DNA of 64,000 nucleotides from Vairimorpha necatrix (Eukaryota): NCBI GenBank assembly GCA_036630325.1, contig CP142730.1, positions 62,001 to 126,000 of the forward strand, read 5' to 3'. Shown piece by piece: positions 11,789 to 23,187 of this stretch (position 1 is its first letter; each line of letters starts with the position of its first letter). The notes under the pieces were generated by a model. It saw only the letters and a program-made list of their open reading frames with translations, ran no database searches and was not told where the DNA came from. The position numbers and the translations under genes were made by a program.

Positions 11789-13073
11789 TTTAATATAGAC
11801 GTAATTGAGGACAAAACCATATTTTGGTAAAATTACTAGCCTTTATAGCAAGAATTTATGACCAATTTGTTTTAGATGAAGAAGTAAAAATAATAATTAA
11901 AGGTTTTATTATTTTATAGTAACAATAGAATGTAATATATTAAGATATAGAATACTATTTATTAAGTTGTTTTTAATTCTCCCTGTACAGTCAATACATT
12001 AGCTAAAGCTCTTTTATTTTGATTTAGTATCAACTATAAATCAAAGATGGTAATAGAAATATCATGCAACAATTTTTTATAAATTTTTTCGGGGAAACAT
12101 TAATATATGATAAAAAATTGATGAGTAGCTAGCTCTTCATTTAAGTAGAGGATTTTATATTAGATTTATTTGATGTGATTAGTGGTGTTAATTTCCAGAT
12201 GATTTCATTACAAAATAGAAATGATCCATGTAAAATTTGAGAGTAATTATTTGTATTTTAATTTTTACATGAGCTAAAATTTAATTTGCAAATATTTCTA
12301 TTGTTCCAAATATTAACCATAACCCGAGTATGCGATTTAATATCGATGTGATCTAATGTTTATTGACATTTTTTTATGAAAATGTAATAATTAATTTTAC
12401 AAAAGTAACAAAGTGATTTTCAATTAAAACAAGCTATTATTAACCATGAAATCAAAAGGACCGGATTGAAAGAAAGACGATTTTAAAGAAGTTAAAGTTC
12501 AAGACATATCACTATATGATTTTTAAGAAATTAAATAAAAATAAGACATCCACTCTCTATCGTTGGAATTCGGATAAAATTTTAAATATTAATTATTTAT
12601 AGGTACGTAGAATAAATAAATATAAAACCTCTTGCGTAATTAGGTTGATATTTTACATTCATATTCGTTAAAATGCATAAGCTATTAATTTTAATATTTC
12701 TACAATAGTCTATACATAAAAAGCTTTGTTTTCTGTTCGAACTAACTCTTGACTCTGATATTTTAAAAAGGAAAATTTTTTTTGTACCGGGGGTTCGGGG
12801 TTATAAGATCCAACCCAAAAGACGAATTTTACGACTTTTTAAATGAAAATTATTATACTAGTAGAAGAGATCCACCTTATAGCCAATTGGTAAAATTAAT
12901 ATAAAAGGAAACCTTTTGGTATAATGACCCTTTAATTTTACTAGTAACTTGCAACTCATAAGCAGCAATACTTATGTTGGTATTGTTTCCACGCAATTTT
13001 TTTTTGCGTGTAAGATTTTTTTTCATGGGGGGTAAAGTTTCAAAAAATTTCAAAAGAAATTTCAAATATTTTA

Positions 13074-16000
13074 TGTATACCATTTATTTATTAGGAGTTA
13101 TAAATCCCACATTCCCTCCTTAAGACAGTAATTCTCATTAACATCAACCTTACGAACCTTTTCCACCTTAGCACAAACTTTTAAATCGAAATGTCTCTTC
13201 TTTCTTGGCGTACCATCATTAGATTTTATTAGTACGAATCATTCTCACATACTTAGATTATTACTGCCTCATTTACGTATCTCCTTTATTATCTTTCATT
13301 CGCCTTGCTAAATTTTCTCTCTTGGCTACAAGAACCTGATCTCCCAGTTTAAATTGTTCTCTTAATCTCTTCTTAAACTTCGTTACATACTCACCATCTT
13401 TCTATTTAGCGTTCTTAGCTTTTCGCAATCAGACATTTCACCTTTTGCTTCGATTGGGCTACATTTTATTCCACTGTGATACGTTCTGTTATATCATCGA
13501 TTGCGTTCTTCAATTTCTCTTCTAAATTACCATTACTACGCTTAATTACAGCTTCTTTTATAGTTCTAATTATTCTTTCTATCTTTCCACTACTACCATA
13601 ACTTTCAACACCTACCTTATATTGTAATATCTCATTATCGCTACACCATCGCCCAAATTCTTCACTAACAAACTCTTTTGCATTGTCACTAATTATCTCT
13701 TCTGGTACACACTCTTCTTTAAACCAGTTTTCCATTGTCTTTATAACATTACTACTAGTTTTTCTATCCAATACTGCACTATACGCATATCTCGTATAAA
13801 AGTCAATTCCTACAGAACACTGCATTTTGGATTTCTTATTTTCATGATATCAAGACCTAACTTCTCTCCTGTTCTCATGGTGGCAATAAATTTCACCCAC
13901 CTCTGTTCTTTCTGTTAATACAACTGCACGTTTCGCATTCTCTCAATATTTTACTTATGTTTTCTTTCATACCTAACCGTTCTATTTTCTTTTTCAACTC
14001 ATAATAAATACCTTTTATTCCTCTGTGATTAAGCTCCAAATGTTTTTCCTTAATAAACTTATCCCTAATTTCCGTATCTGGAACTATCGCTGTTTATCCT
14101 AATTTAAACTCCCATATCTTTTCATTTACTTCTTAAATATGTTTCACTTCTTTTCTTAAAATTTGTTTTTTTATAATCTCTGTTTTCTGTTCTTTATTTG
14201 CGTCATCCTGAAAGGTCTGCTTAAAGCATCTACATCTGTCATTGTTTCACCTCTATTATATTTAACTGTAAAGTCGAACTCTTAAATTTTCTCGATCCAC
14301 CGATTTATTCTATCATTATAAAAGCAATCTTTAGATCTCATTACCTCTAAAGCTTTATGGTCTGTCTGTAATTAAAATTTTTTACCTCTTAAATCATATT
14401 CAAACTTTTTTATACCCCAAAACACTGCTAACATTTCTTTTTCTGAAATAACATATTTTCTTTCTGCTGGTTCCAGCTTTTTAGAAGCCCACTGAATAGA
14501 ACCACACTTACCTTCCTTATTTGTTTGTAACAATATTCTCAATTCCGTGTCTAAAGCATCAGTTTTTAAAAAAAATAATTTTGTATAATCTGGAATTTTT
14601 AACTCTTTTGTATTACTCAATTCATCTTTCAATGCGTTAAATTCACATTCCATTTTATCGTTTTAACCCCATTTCTTATATTTCTTTAACGCGTCCGTAA
14701 GTGCTATTGTCATCATAGCATAAGTTCCTATAAATTCTCTGAACCATCCCGTCAATCCTAAAAATCTATGTAACTCACTAACATTCGTCGGTCTTTTATA
14801 TATTAATGCTTTATTACGCTTAATTTCAAATGGTTTTCTACAATCACCATTCACACTAACTCAAGTAGCTTAACTTCATCCAGCCTATACTGTACCTTAC
14901 TGCTATTTACTTTTCGCCCATGATGTTTAAATTTCCGCAACACTTCATTTAATATCTCATCATGTTTTTTTACGTCTTCAAATAAACAACAATGTCATCC
15001 ATATAAACTTCTACATCTTTTCCTCTCAAGTTGTTTAAAATGTTATTCATTGTCCTCTGCATAATCCTGGTGCATTTTTATATCCCATGACCATGCTATT
15101 CCACTCATATACATTTCCTTCAAATTCATGCAGTTTAGAATTTATGCGTTTCTTCAATTTCAATATGATAAAATGCTTCTTTAATATCAAGCACTGTAAA
15201 AACTCTCGAGCCCTGTATTGCTCTTATAATACCTCTGATTCTTGGCAGCTCATATAGGTCTCTTTCAAACAAATCATTCAATTCCATGAAATTACTGACA
15301 ATTCTTACATCTCCATTGGGTTTCTTAATGGCCCTAATAGGGTTTCGCCGCATATATTTCGACTTCCTAATAATCTTCTTTTTCTCAAATCTTCCAATAC
15401 ATAATAAACTTTGATTCAAGACTCTAAAAACAACTTGTTCTTTTCTCACTATTTTTTCCACTTGCTCTGTCTTTATTAAACATTTTCCTCCTGTTAAGTA
15501 TGTTATCTTTTCATCTGGTCTTATTTTTAATACCCCAAGATATCTACTTTTCAATTTTTCTAAAATCAAATTACTTTTACTTCTTTCACATTGATTTCCA
15601 CTTTAACTTACAAAAGTCAAAACTTTTATTTTCTTTATTAACTTGATCCTTTTCATTTCCTTTACGTTAGAAACACTTCCAAGCTATGTGTCCCATTTTA
15701 CCACATACAAAACAACTCTTATCCCTATAATAATTTCTTTTAACATACCTCTTACTAACATTTACTCTTCTTCTACTTTCTCCATTTCTCATTTCCCCCT
15801 AATTCCTGTTTTAATCACTTCGATCATCTTCCTTCTCTCTAAATATCCTGCTGCATTCTCATCAGCTTTTTCCTCCTCCTCTACATAATTTCTTAAACTC
15901 ATATTAATCTCATCACAATCACTTTCTCTCATAATATCCTTCTCAATAATATAATCTTGCAAATCTTCTCTTATTTATACCACTGACTGTCTTACAATTA

Positions 16001-16156
16001 CTAAATCAACGCCTTCCTGCATTTAATTCTTTTTTTATACGTTTTGCTTCCAGAAGTAATTTACTGGCCTCTTGACCACGGGTTCTGCTTGTTATCCTGC
16101 TTTACCTTGTGTTCGCCATATAAACCACTTATTTAATAGAGGTTATAAATCCCACA
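13074..16156 (-). mobile_element. Ty3/gypsy LTR retrotransposon E2, full length but heavily decayed (3083 bp), 38-bp LTRs
   Basis: LTRs at 13074-13111 and 16119-16156 (32/38 identical). TSD TTTTA/ATTTA. Same PBS as E1 (TGGCGAACACAAGG) and a degenerate PPT (AAGGAGGGAA). Fragments of CFVCGKMGHIAWKC, RT (YMDD), RNase H and integrase (ORFs 15135..15569, 14663..14854, 14372..14653, 13466..13825). Confidence 0.93.
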
Positions 16157-16616
16157 ATTTAATGATTGTTGTCAACACTAAACTACATACATTGGCGTAC
16201 TTACGAATGCAGTACAAACCCACAACTTTAGTTTGTTTGTATGCTAATCTTTACAAGCCACTTGAGAAGAAAAACAGTCTGAACATATTTGACAGATGAT
16301 GTATATGACATCTGACCTTGCGATTAAGTAATGTACATCACAAGTATAAATAAAATATAAAATGTGATCAAAAAACATCAATTAATTAATAATAGGATTT
16401 TTTTAGACTTAAAAAATAGTTATTTTCCAATTTTTTAATTGGGTTAACGAACAGGCCCGGATATTGACAGGTGACATTTAAAACATCTGTCACAATTTTT
16501 GCACATACGCCGCAAAAACATACGTCCTTTTAAAACAAAACTTGTTATTATATTTTAATAATTTCATTTAAGATTAACTTAAAAGTCTTATAAATTTTTA
16601 CGTTTATTTTACCGTT

Positions 16617-18815
16617 ATGATAGTCTTGACGTTAATTTCTTCACTTGTTTTTTCAAAAGCGGGTCAATATTTATATAATGAGCTTAAAACTAATATTATT
16701 AAAAAAATAGAAAATCGAGATTATGTGTTATTCGACCGTTCTAAACTCTATATGAGTGTATTTATCTCTACAGGCCATTATAATATTCGTAATGAAGGTG
16801 TTCCATTAGAAGTTATAATTTTTTCGGGTATAAATTACAACGACGAAAAAAAATTTACAATTAATTGTAAAAACAAATCTATAGATAATATCGTGGCGGA
16901 ATTAGAAGAGAAAATACAAAGGGTTATAAGTTTTCCTAATGACAAAACTTTAGTATTGTTTTACAGTGAACACCAACTTAATAACATTATAAGACTTGAT
17001 GGTTCTATTACAATGAAAAATTTTATAGAATCCATCAAAAAAATAAATGTACAAAGAAAAGAAAATAAAAAAGCTTGGGAAATTTTTTATGATAATATTT
17101 GTATGGAATCTGACTATTTTGATGAAATTATCGACGAAATATATAAAAATAATCATGATGTTGATGGATTTATAAAACATTATGATTACCTTCGAAACTA
17201 TTTCATATTTCGAATTGATATCGGAAATATTTTGTATATATTTCGAATATGTATAGATGAATTTGATTACTTAAATAATATTAAAATACGTATAGAGAAT
17301 AAATATGATGAAGAAATACTTAAGAAATTACTTGATTTATATAATTTGTCGTATAATCATTTATTTATTATAAATTTTCATGATATACCTATAAATATTA
17401 CGCCCAATAGTATTGAAATTAGGAGTGAAAATATATTTTTTAAAATTGAAATAGAATCTGATAAAATAATTTTTGAGCAAAATGCAGGAAAATACATTTA
17501 TTCTTTGCAAAATTCCAATAATTTTAACGTTTTCATTGATGAGCAATGTTTTATAGAATTTAGGAAAATAATAGAAGTTGCGTCTATGATAACTGATGAA
17601 AACACTATAAAAGCAATTTTAATGTTCGGTAAATTATTAAGACATGAAAATAAAATTTTTTTTCTTTTAGATATGATTTTAAACATGCAAAGATCTGCTC
17701 TTAATATTTTATTAGGACACTTACTGTTACACTATAAAATAATAGATGAACCTGAATTAAAAATCATAATATCAAATGATGAATATAGAGATGTACGGAC
17801 AACCGAGCTCATAGATATAATATGTACAAAAATGCTAAATTCAGGGAACACTGTTTTTTTTATTTTAACAATTGGTCTATTGATTGAAACAGAAAAATAT
17901 ATTGCTGAATACGATATAGACGATGACCCATTCTATAAAACATTGCTACATATTGGAAATATTATCAAGTCAAAAGATTATAAAAATGGTGTTGAAATAG
18001 CATGTACAGAAAAAAGTATAAATATAATGGAAATAATGAAAGAATTAGTAAGTATCCATGTTACTAATTTTAATTTGTATAAAAATAAAGTTTTATCTTC
18101 TATGGGCCAACTAATATCGACGTTTACTGGATTAAAAACAAATTATATAGATTATTCAGATCGAATTTATCTCCAAATAATTAAACTAGAAGACGTAATT
18201 CAATGTTTTGAACTTAATAATAACGAAATATATAAAATTTTTATCATTATCAAAAACAAATTGATAGAAAACAGTCAAGAAGATATAAAATTTGAAATTA
18301 AAAGAAAAAACAAAGAAAACGAGTTTCGTGAGATGGTTTATTTACTTAGAAAATTTCCTTTAGGAATTGAATTGAGCCAAATTAAATTAGAAGCTTTAAA
18401 TAGTAATACAATAAAGTTATTCGATAAAGATTTAATAAATAAAAAATCTATAGACTTAATAAATGCAGGAATAGAAATAATCGAAAACATATTTTCAAAA
18501 AAAATAATTAGTGATAATATAAACGAATATTTAATAAATGAGTATAAAGAAGAATTAATCGAAAGTTTTTCTAAAGAAGTTAAAGACAATATAATAAAAA
18601 ACATTAAAAAAAATTTTAGAAATTGTCTTCCTAATGCTTTACAAGAATTGCTAGATATTGAAATAGAAGCTAAAACTAATTTAAAAACTGAATATGAAAA
18701 TTATTTACAGAATATCATCAAAATATTACACGAAAAATACTTAATCAATTTTTTGAACTCTGTTTATGGGATGATTTTACACAATTCATTGACAAAAACA
18801 TTAGAAATTAATTGA
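16617..18815 (+). CDS. Lineage-specific hypothetical protein with probable signal peptide (732 aa)
   Basis: Long intact ORF in very AT-rich DNA with a hydrophobic N-terminus (MIVLTLISSLVFS). No domain recognised. Confidence 0.8.
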   Translation: MIVLTLISSLVFSKAGQYLYNELKTNIIKKIENRDYVLFDRSKLYMSVFISTGHYNIRNEGVPLEVIIFSGINYNDEKKFTINCKNKSIDNIVAELEEKIQRVISFPNDKTLVLFYSEHQLNNIIRLDGSITMKNFIESIKKINVQRKENKKAWEIFYDNICMESDYFDEIIDEIYKNNHDVDGFIKHYDYLRNYFIFRIDIGNILYIFRICIDEFDYLNNIKIRIENKYDEEILKKLLDLYNLSYNHLFIINFHDIPINITPNSIEIRSENIFFKIEIESDKIIFEQNAGKYIYSLQNSNNFNVFIDEQCFIEFRKIIEVASMITDENTIKAILMFGKLLRHENKIFFLLDMILNMQRSALNILLGHLLLHYKIIDEPELKIIISNDEYRDVRTTELIDIICTKMLNSGNTVFFILTIGLLIETEKYIAEYDIDDDPFYKTLLHIGNIIKSKDYKNGVEIACTEKSINIMEIMKELVSIHVTNFNLYKNKVLSSMGQLISTFTGLKTNYIDYSDRIYLQIIKLEDVIQCFELNNNEIYKIFIIIKNKLIENSQEDIKFEIKRKNKENEFREMVYLLRKFPLGIELSQIKLEALNSNTIKLFDKDLINKKSIDLINAGIEIIENIFSKKIISDNINEYLINEYKEELIESFSKEVKDNIIKNIKKNFRNCLPNALQELLDIEIEAKTNLKTEYENYLQNIIKILHEKYLINFLNSVYGMILHNSLTKTLEIN

Positions 18816-20095
18816 TATTCTTATAATTAAACGTATTCTTTATAAATATTGTTTTTAATTTTTTCTGAAATGTTATGCGGATGCTGACGATATTTTTTGA
18901 TCTTACACAACTCAAGTTAACTGAAAAGAGTAGTTATTGCAATATTAGAAATGATTTGATATATTTTTGAGCTTGTAAAAGCGTACATGAAATTTTATGA
19001 TCTACCGTTATTTTATCTTTAGAATGAATTCCTAATTCTTTTATAAGATTTATATCGAAACTTTTAAATACAGTTTAATAAAATAATATTATAATGTGTA
19101 AATTGGATTGCTAACCACATATAGTGACTATTTAAATTTTATAAATCAGATTAAAGACAATTCTAAAATATATATTTACATGTTTTTGAAGTAAATTATT
19201 TCAATACCGATTATAAGTAATGTAAAGTAAAATATTCCATGAAAAAGTCGGTTAAATACATTAAACTCTACAAAATAAATATCGCAATCTAATTATTTAT
19301 AAATAATCTACTTATAACTTTATAATTTGTAAAAATAATTAACATACAAGACAATATTGTGAAATATTGCATTTCCTTGTATTTTTATGCAATAAAAATG
19401 TAATTATATATGTTGAGAATATACATTTAATAAATTTAACCATTAAATTACAAGTGTCTTTTATATGGTGGAGAAGAAAAAAATGATCGAACCTAAACAT
19501 AAACAAAAGTAGAGGTTGCAAGTTCCGTCAAAGCATGAGACGTAAAAAATGCAGTAAATGTTAGAAAGGGATGGTTAGTTGTCTGACAGAAGGGAATGTG
19601 ATGGCTTGTATCAGTAGAGAGACACGAATGGGTGAAGACGCCGAGAAGCTAGGTGAAAACATATTGACTGTATTAAGATCTTGCATTAAAAATACTCAGA
19701 TTGAGTGTATTGGTAATTTCACTATTTGTATTTAAGCTATTGTAGCAAGATAGCTGAACTACCATTGTTCAAAATCCAGCGAATTTAGAAAGATAAGAAA
19801 TCAGAAAAAAACTGTGTTTTAGTTGAAGAATTGCATAGACGGATATAATTCGGGGTTGTTGTTAAAAAGACATTTTAAAATTTAAAGTTACAGACTTATG
19901 TATTGTAACGGGCGAAGAAAGTACTGCAAAGACCAACCCAAGAGAGTTCAGTAAGACGCGAAAGAGTAAAGCACAGTCCATGATCGGTTAACATAAAAAA
20001 TTCCTTTTTTTGATAGCCATGTAATATGCGTAGAAGAGGTAAAATAATTACATTATTTAATTTAGAATTTAGCACGAGGATGTTGATAATATTAA

Positions 20096-20904
20096 GGTGC
20101 CCTTGGCCGAGTGGTCGAAGGGATGTTCTCATTGACCAATGGGCTGGGTTCGAGTCCCAGGGGCACCAAATTGTTTCTACTTTCTATGATGCAGTTGGAA
20201 CAACTCAGATGATGAAAATGTCCACGGTAATCATTAAGTTGATTCAATGAAACTTGTGTGTGTCCAGCCACAAGGGGATTATAGCATCTAGTGTAGAAAC
20301 GCACCTCAAGGCCAAAAAGCAGTATCGCCCTCTGGTGACTTAATGATACATAAAAGTATCTAATGGGTACGGCCTAGTTGGAGCCCATGGCTGGTGCACT
20401 CTAGAGTGGGATCCTAGAGCTAACTAAGAGACTAGACGAAGTAGGGCAATAGAAGGTCTCGTGGACCCTATCCTACATGATTCTGTAACACGGTGGCCGA
20501 AACTAGTGGGAGACTGGTGGTCAACGCAGTCCAATAAAAATGCCGGGCTGGGGATGTGGTCGTGTAAGGAGCCGTGTGTGCGATACAGATGATTGTAGGG
20601 ACCTTTGAGTCAGTACGATGATGTCTCTCCTCGGGTTATAGATAACCATGCCCGTTAAGTATATCCGCTGTGAGGTCACTCTGGACGCGATTTGAGGTAT
20701 AAATGGAAAGTGTTCTCCTGGAGCCAAAGTCCAATGGATACGGCGGAGCTTGCTGCACCGGCAAGTTATACGGAGGGAGTTTTAGTGAGTAAGAATCTCA
20801 CAGTACTAGTTGGAAAAGGATCACACCCAAATCCCTCTGGTCCCTATGTAAGGTTTCTCCCTACCTCTTACTTGCAAAGAAAAAAAAAAAAAAAAAGAAA
20901 AAAA
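20096..20904 (+). mobile_element. tRNA-derived SINE (~810 bp) with poly(A) tail
   Basis: tRNA-like head at 20096-20168: GGTGCCC/GGGCACC acceptor stem, A-box TGGCCGAGTGG, T-arm CTGGG-TTCGAGT-CCCAG. GC-richer non-coding body, A-tail at ~20876-20904, and a perfect 14-bp TSD GTTGATAATATTAA at 20082-20095 and 20905-20918. Confidence 0.92.
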
Positions 20905-22164
20905 GTTGATAATATTAATTAATAAATTTAGACCTTAACTTACATCTTCTTTAACGATTATAATGAAAAAATGTAGAAACTTGCAATACCAATAACTAAA
21001 ATAAAAAGTAATGTCTTACTCTTCTCTTAATAAAGTTGTAAACTCTTAGAACTAGTTACAACTGCTTATAGATGTATTTAAAAAATCTAGAATCGAAAAA
21101 GAACTAGGTAATTCTAACAACAAAAGAAAAATAAAAAACTGGTGAAAAACGTGCACAAAATACTTTTTAAAAATAAAAAGAGGTTTAAAAAGGTAAGTTT
21201 AGATGAGATTGTTTTACGAAATTTTTGGTCTTGAACTTCTAATAATGATATTCGATTTCTGTTTTTAGGGTTTGTTTTTAAGTTTTCTTTTATTTTTAGC
21301 GAACACCTCGGCTCAAGGTAAAATGGAAATATCAACAAAATAAATCCTTAATGTCTTTACAATAATAATTAAATTATTTTATAATATATATTAGCTATTT
21401 TCTTAAGTTACTATTTAAAAGTTTTTATTGTAAAAATATTTAATTTAATATTTGAAAATTAATATAGCGTATTTGCGACTAATACAAATAAAAACTTTGT
21501 TTAAGAGGGGTTTCATGTATTATATTAGTTCCTCATATATGACCTATACATTGAAAAATAATTTAGCTCGAAAAAAGTCAAAAAGAGATTCCAATATTTA
21601 AAAGCTTGATTATACCCTTTTTATATCCAATACTGTTATTATATATTATATGAAATATATGTTATAATCTAGATGATAATTGTCTTAAGCCGTTAGGTTA
21701 AATGTTTTGACTCGCTTTTACATTAAATAATAATTTCTGCTTTAAATTTTGCTTTGAAAACGAACAATGTTATAAATTGTAACAAAAAAAAATATATTAT
21801 TTAAAATAGTATCGTTCTTAGGTAGTATTTTAGTAAATGTATTAAGAATCTGTCTACTGATCTATAAATTAAGGCTATTTTTCTGTTAAAAACTGTTTTC
21901 ATCTAAAAAAAATTTATTTTGATTGAATATAAAACAATATCGGGATTCAATTTAAGTTTAAATTTAAATACGATGTTTTAACATATAAGTATAAGAAATG
22001 AATTTATATATTTAAGCATACCATTTTACATTCTTTGGAATTAAATTTGGGACTGGTTTTTATAACAGAGTGTCAAATATGGTTTGTAAATATTCCACTT
22101 TGCCCCTAGCAAAAAATTTTTAAGAATGAATTTATATTTTACAATCTAGAAAAGATAGAAAAGT

Positions 22165-23187
22165 GGCGCTTCTTCTGTTTTACGGTCCCAAAAAAAAGAA
22201 ACGGCAGAAATAAAAATAATTAAAAATTAATATAGACTTATATTTCCTTGTTATTTCTACTTCTTTTGCTCAAATTTTTCCTAAAAGTTTAATTTTTATG
22301 CCATGAATCGATATTAACACGTTTTACTTCGTGCTGTGAGACCATTTCTGATTTCATACCAGACCAAAAATTTTCGATGTTATGGTATGAAGATCTTTTC
22401 ATTAGTAAATCCTATTGAATGATTTATAATGATGTGTTGAAGTTTTAGATTTGCTGCTACCCCGGAATAACTAGGATCGAAATTAAAAATAAGAACTGAT
22501 CCTGGCAAAGCTCTGTCTTCTATTATATTTGTGTTAGTGTTTATCTAATTATCTGGAACTTGTACTAAACAATTTTTTTTATTTAAAGCTTTTAAAAACC
22601 CAAAATCCATACTGTATCTTTTGCTCCACCATTAGTTAAGATAGAAACTAATAGTTTCTCTTCTACACAATACAGTTTCATCAATCCAAACTTAAACTCC
22701 CGATCCTCAAATTTTGCATTTGGTTTTCAATTTCTTTCTAATATACTTCCTTAATTAATGCTTTGTTTCTAAAATATTGTCATTTGACTCTCCTGTTAAA
22801 CTTATAATCAATCTATAATTGTTGTTACAAAGGATCAAGAACACAACGAAAAGATGAATTTCAAATCATAGCTAGCTAATTCCAGGTAACAAGCTGTTTT
22901 TTGCTTAGCTTTTCGTTTCATGCATCTATAAACTAATCCTTCTTTTTTCAAAAATATCGCAAGCTTTGCTAAAACATGATCATGAGAACCAAATCATCTA
23001 GTAAAGTTATAAATTTCAATCTCCGATATGTGTCTTTACACGAGGCAAGACTTGAAAACAAATGATGATCAAAATTATAAAAATTTCCTTTTGTCATTTG
23101 ACTTCTCTTTTAAATAAATAAAATTATAACTTTTACTTTTCTCTGTTTTACGGTCCCATTTTTTGAATCGCAAAACGGCGCAGCGCC
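22165..23187 (-). mobile_element. Degenerate Merlin (IS1595-family) DNA transposon
   Basis: Imperfect GG..CC TIRs (ggcgcttcttctgttttacggtcccaaaa / ttttgaatcgcaaaacggcgcagcgcc) and a partly matching 8-bp TSD (agaaaagt/agtgaagt). Broken minus-strand transposase motifs: GSGV.VWIDET, INHSIGFTNE, NIENFWSGMK. Confidence 0.8.

Noticed and set aside
16437-16447. GGG-TTAA as a piggyBac right end
   Set aside because: No matching TTAA-CCC left end or transposase motifs were identified.
20096-20168. Functional tRNA gene
   Set aside because: It has no canonical anticodon arm and no terminator, and it is the head of a poly(A)-tailed, TSD-flanked insertion.
20200-20620. Group I/II intron, hammerhead or RNase P motifs in the SINE body (GAGACTAGA, GAGCCGTGTG, ATGATGA, GAAGGTCT)
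   Set aside because: Only isolated partial motifs; the required partner strands were not found.
19896-20922. Short ORFs overlapping the SINE
   Set aside because: Chance ORFs in GC-richer non-coding sequence with no protein motifs; one reads into the poly(A) tail.
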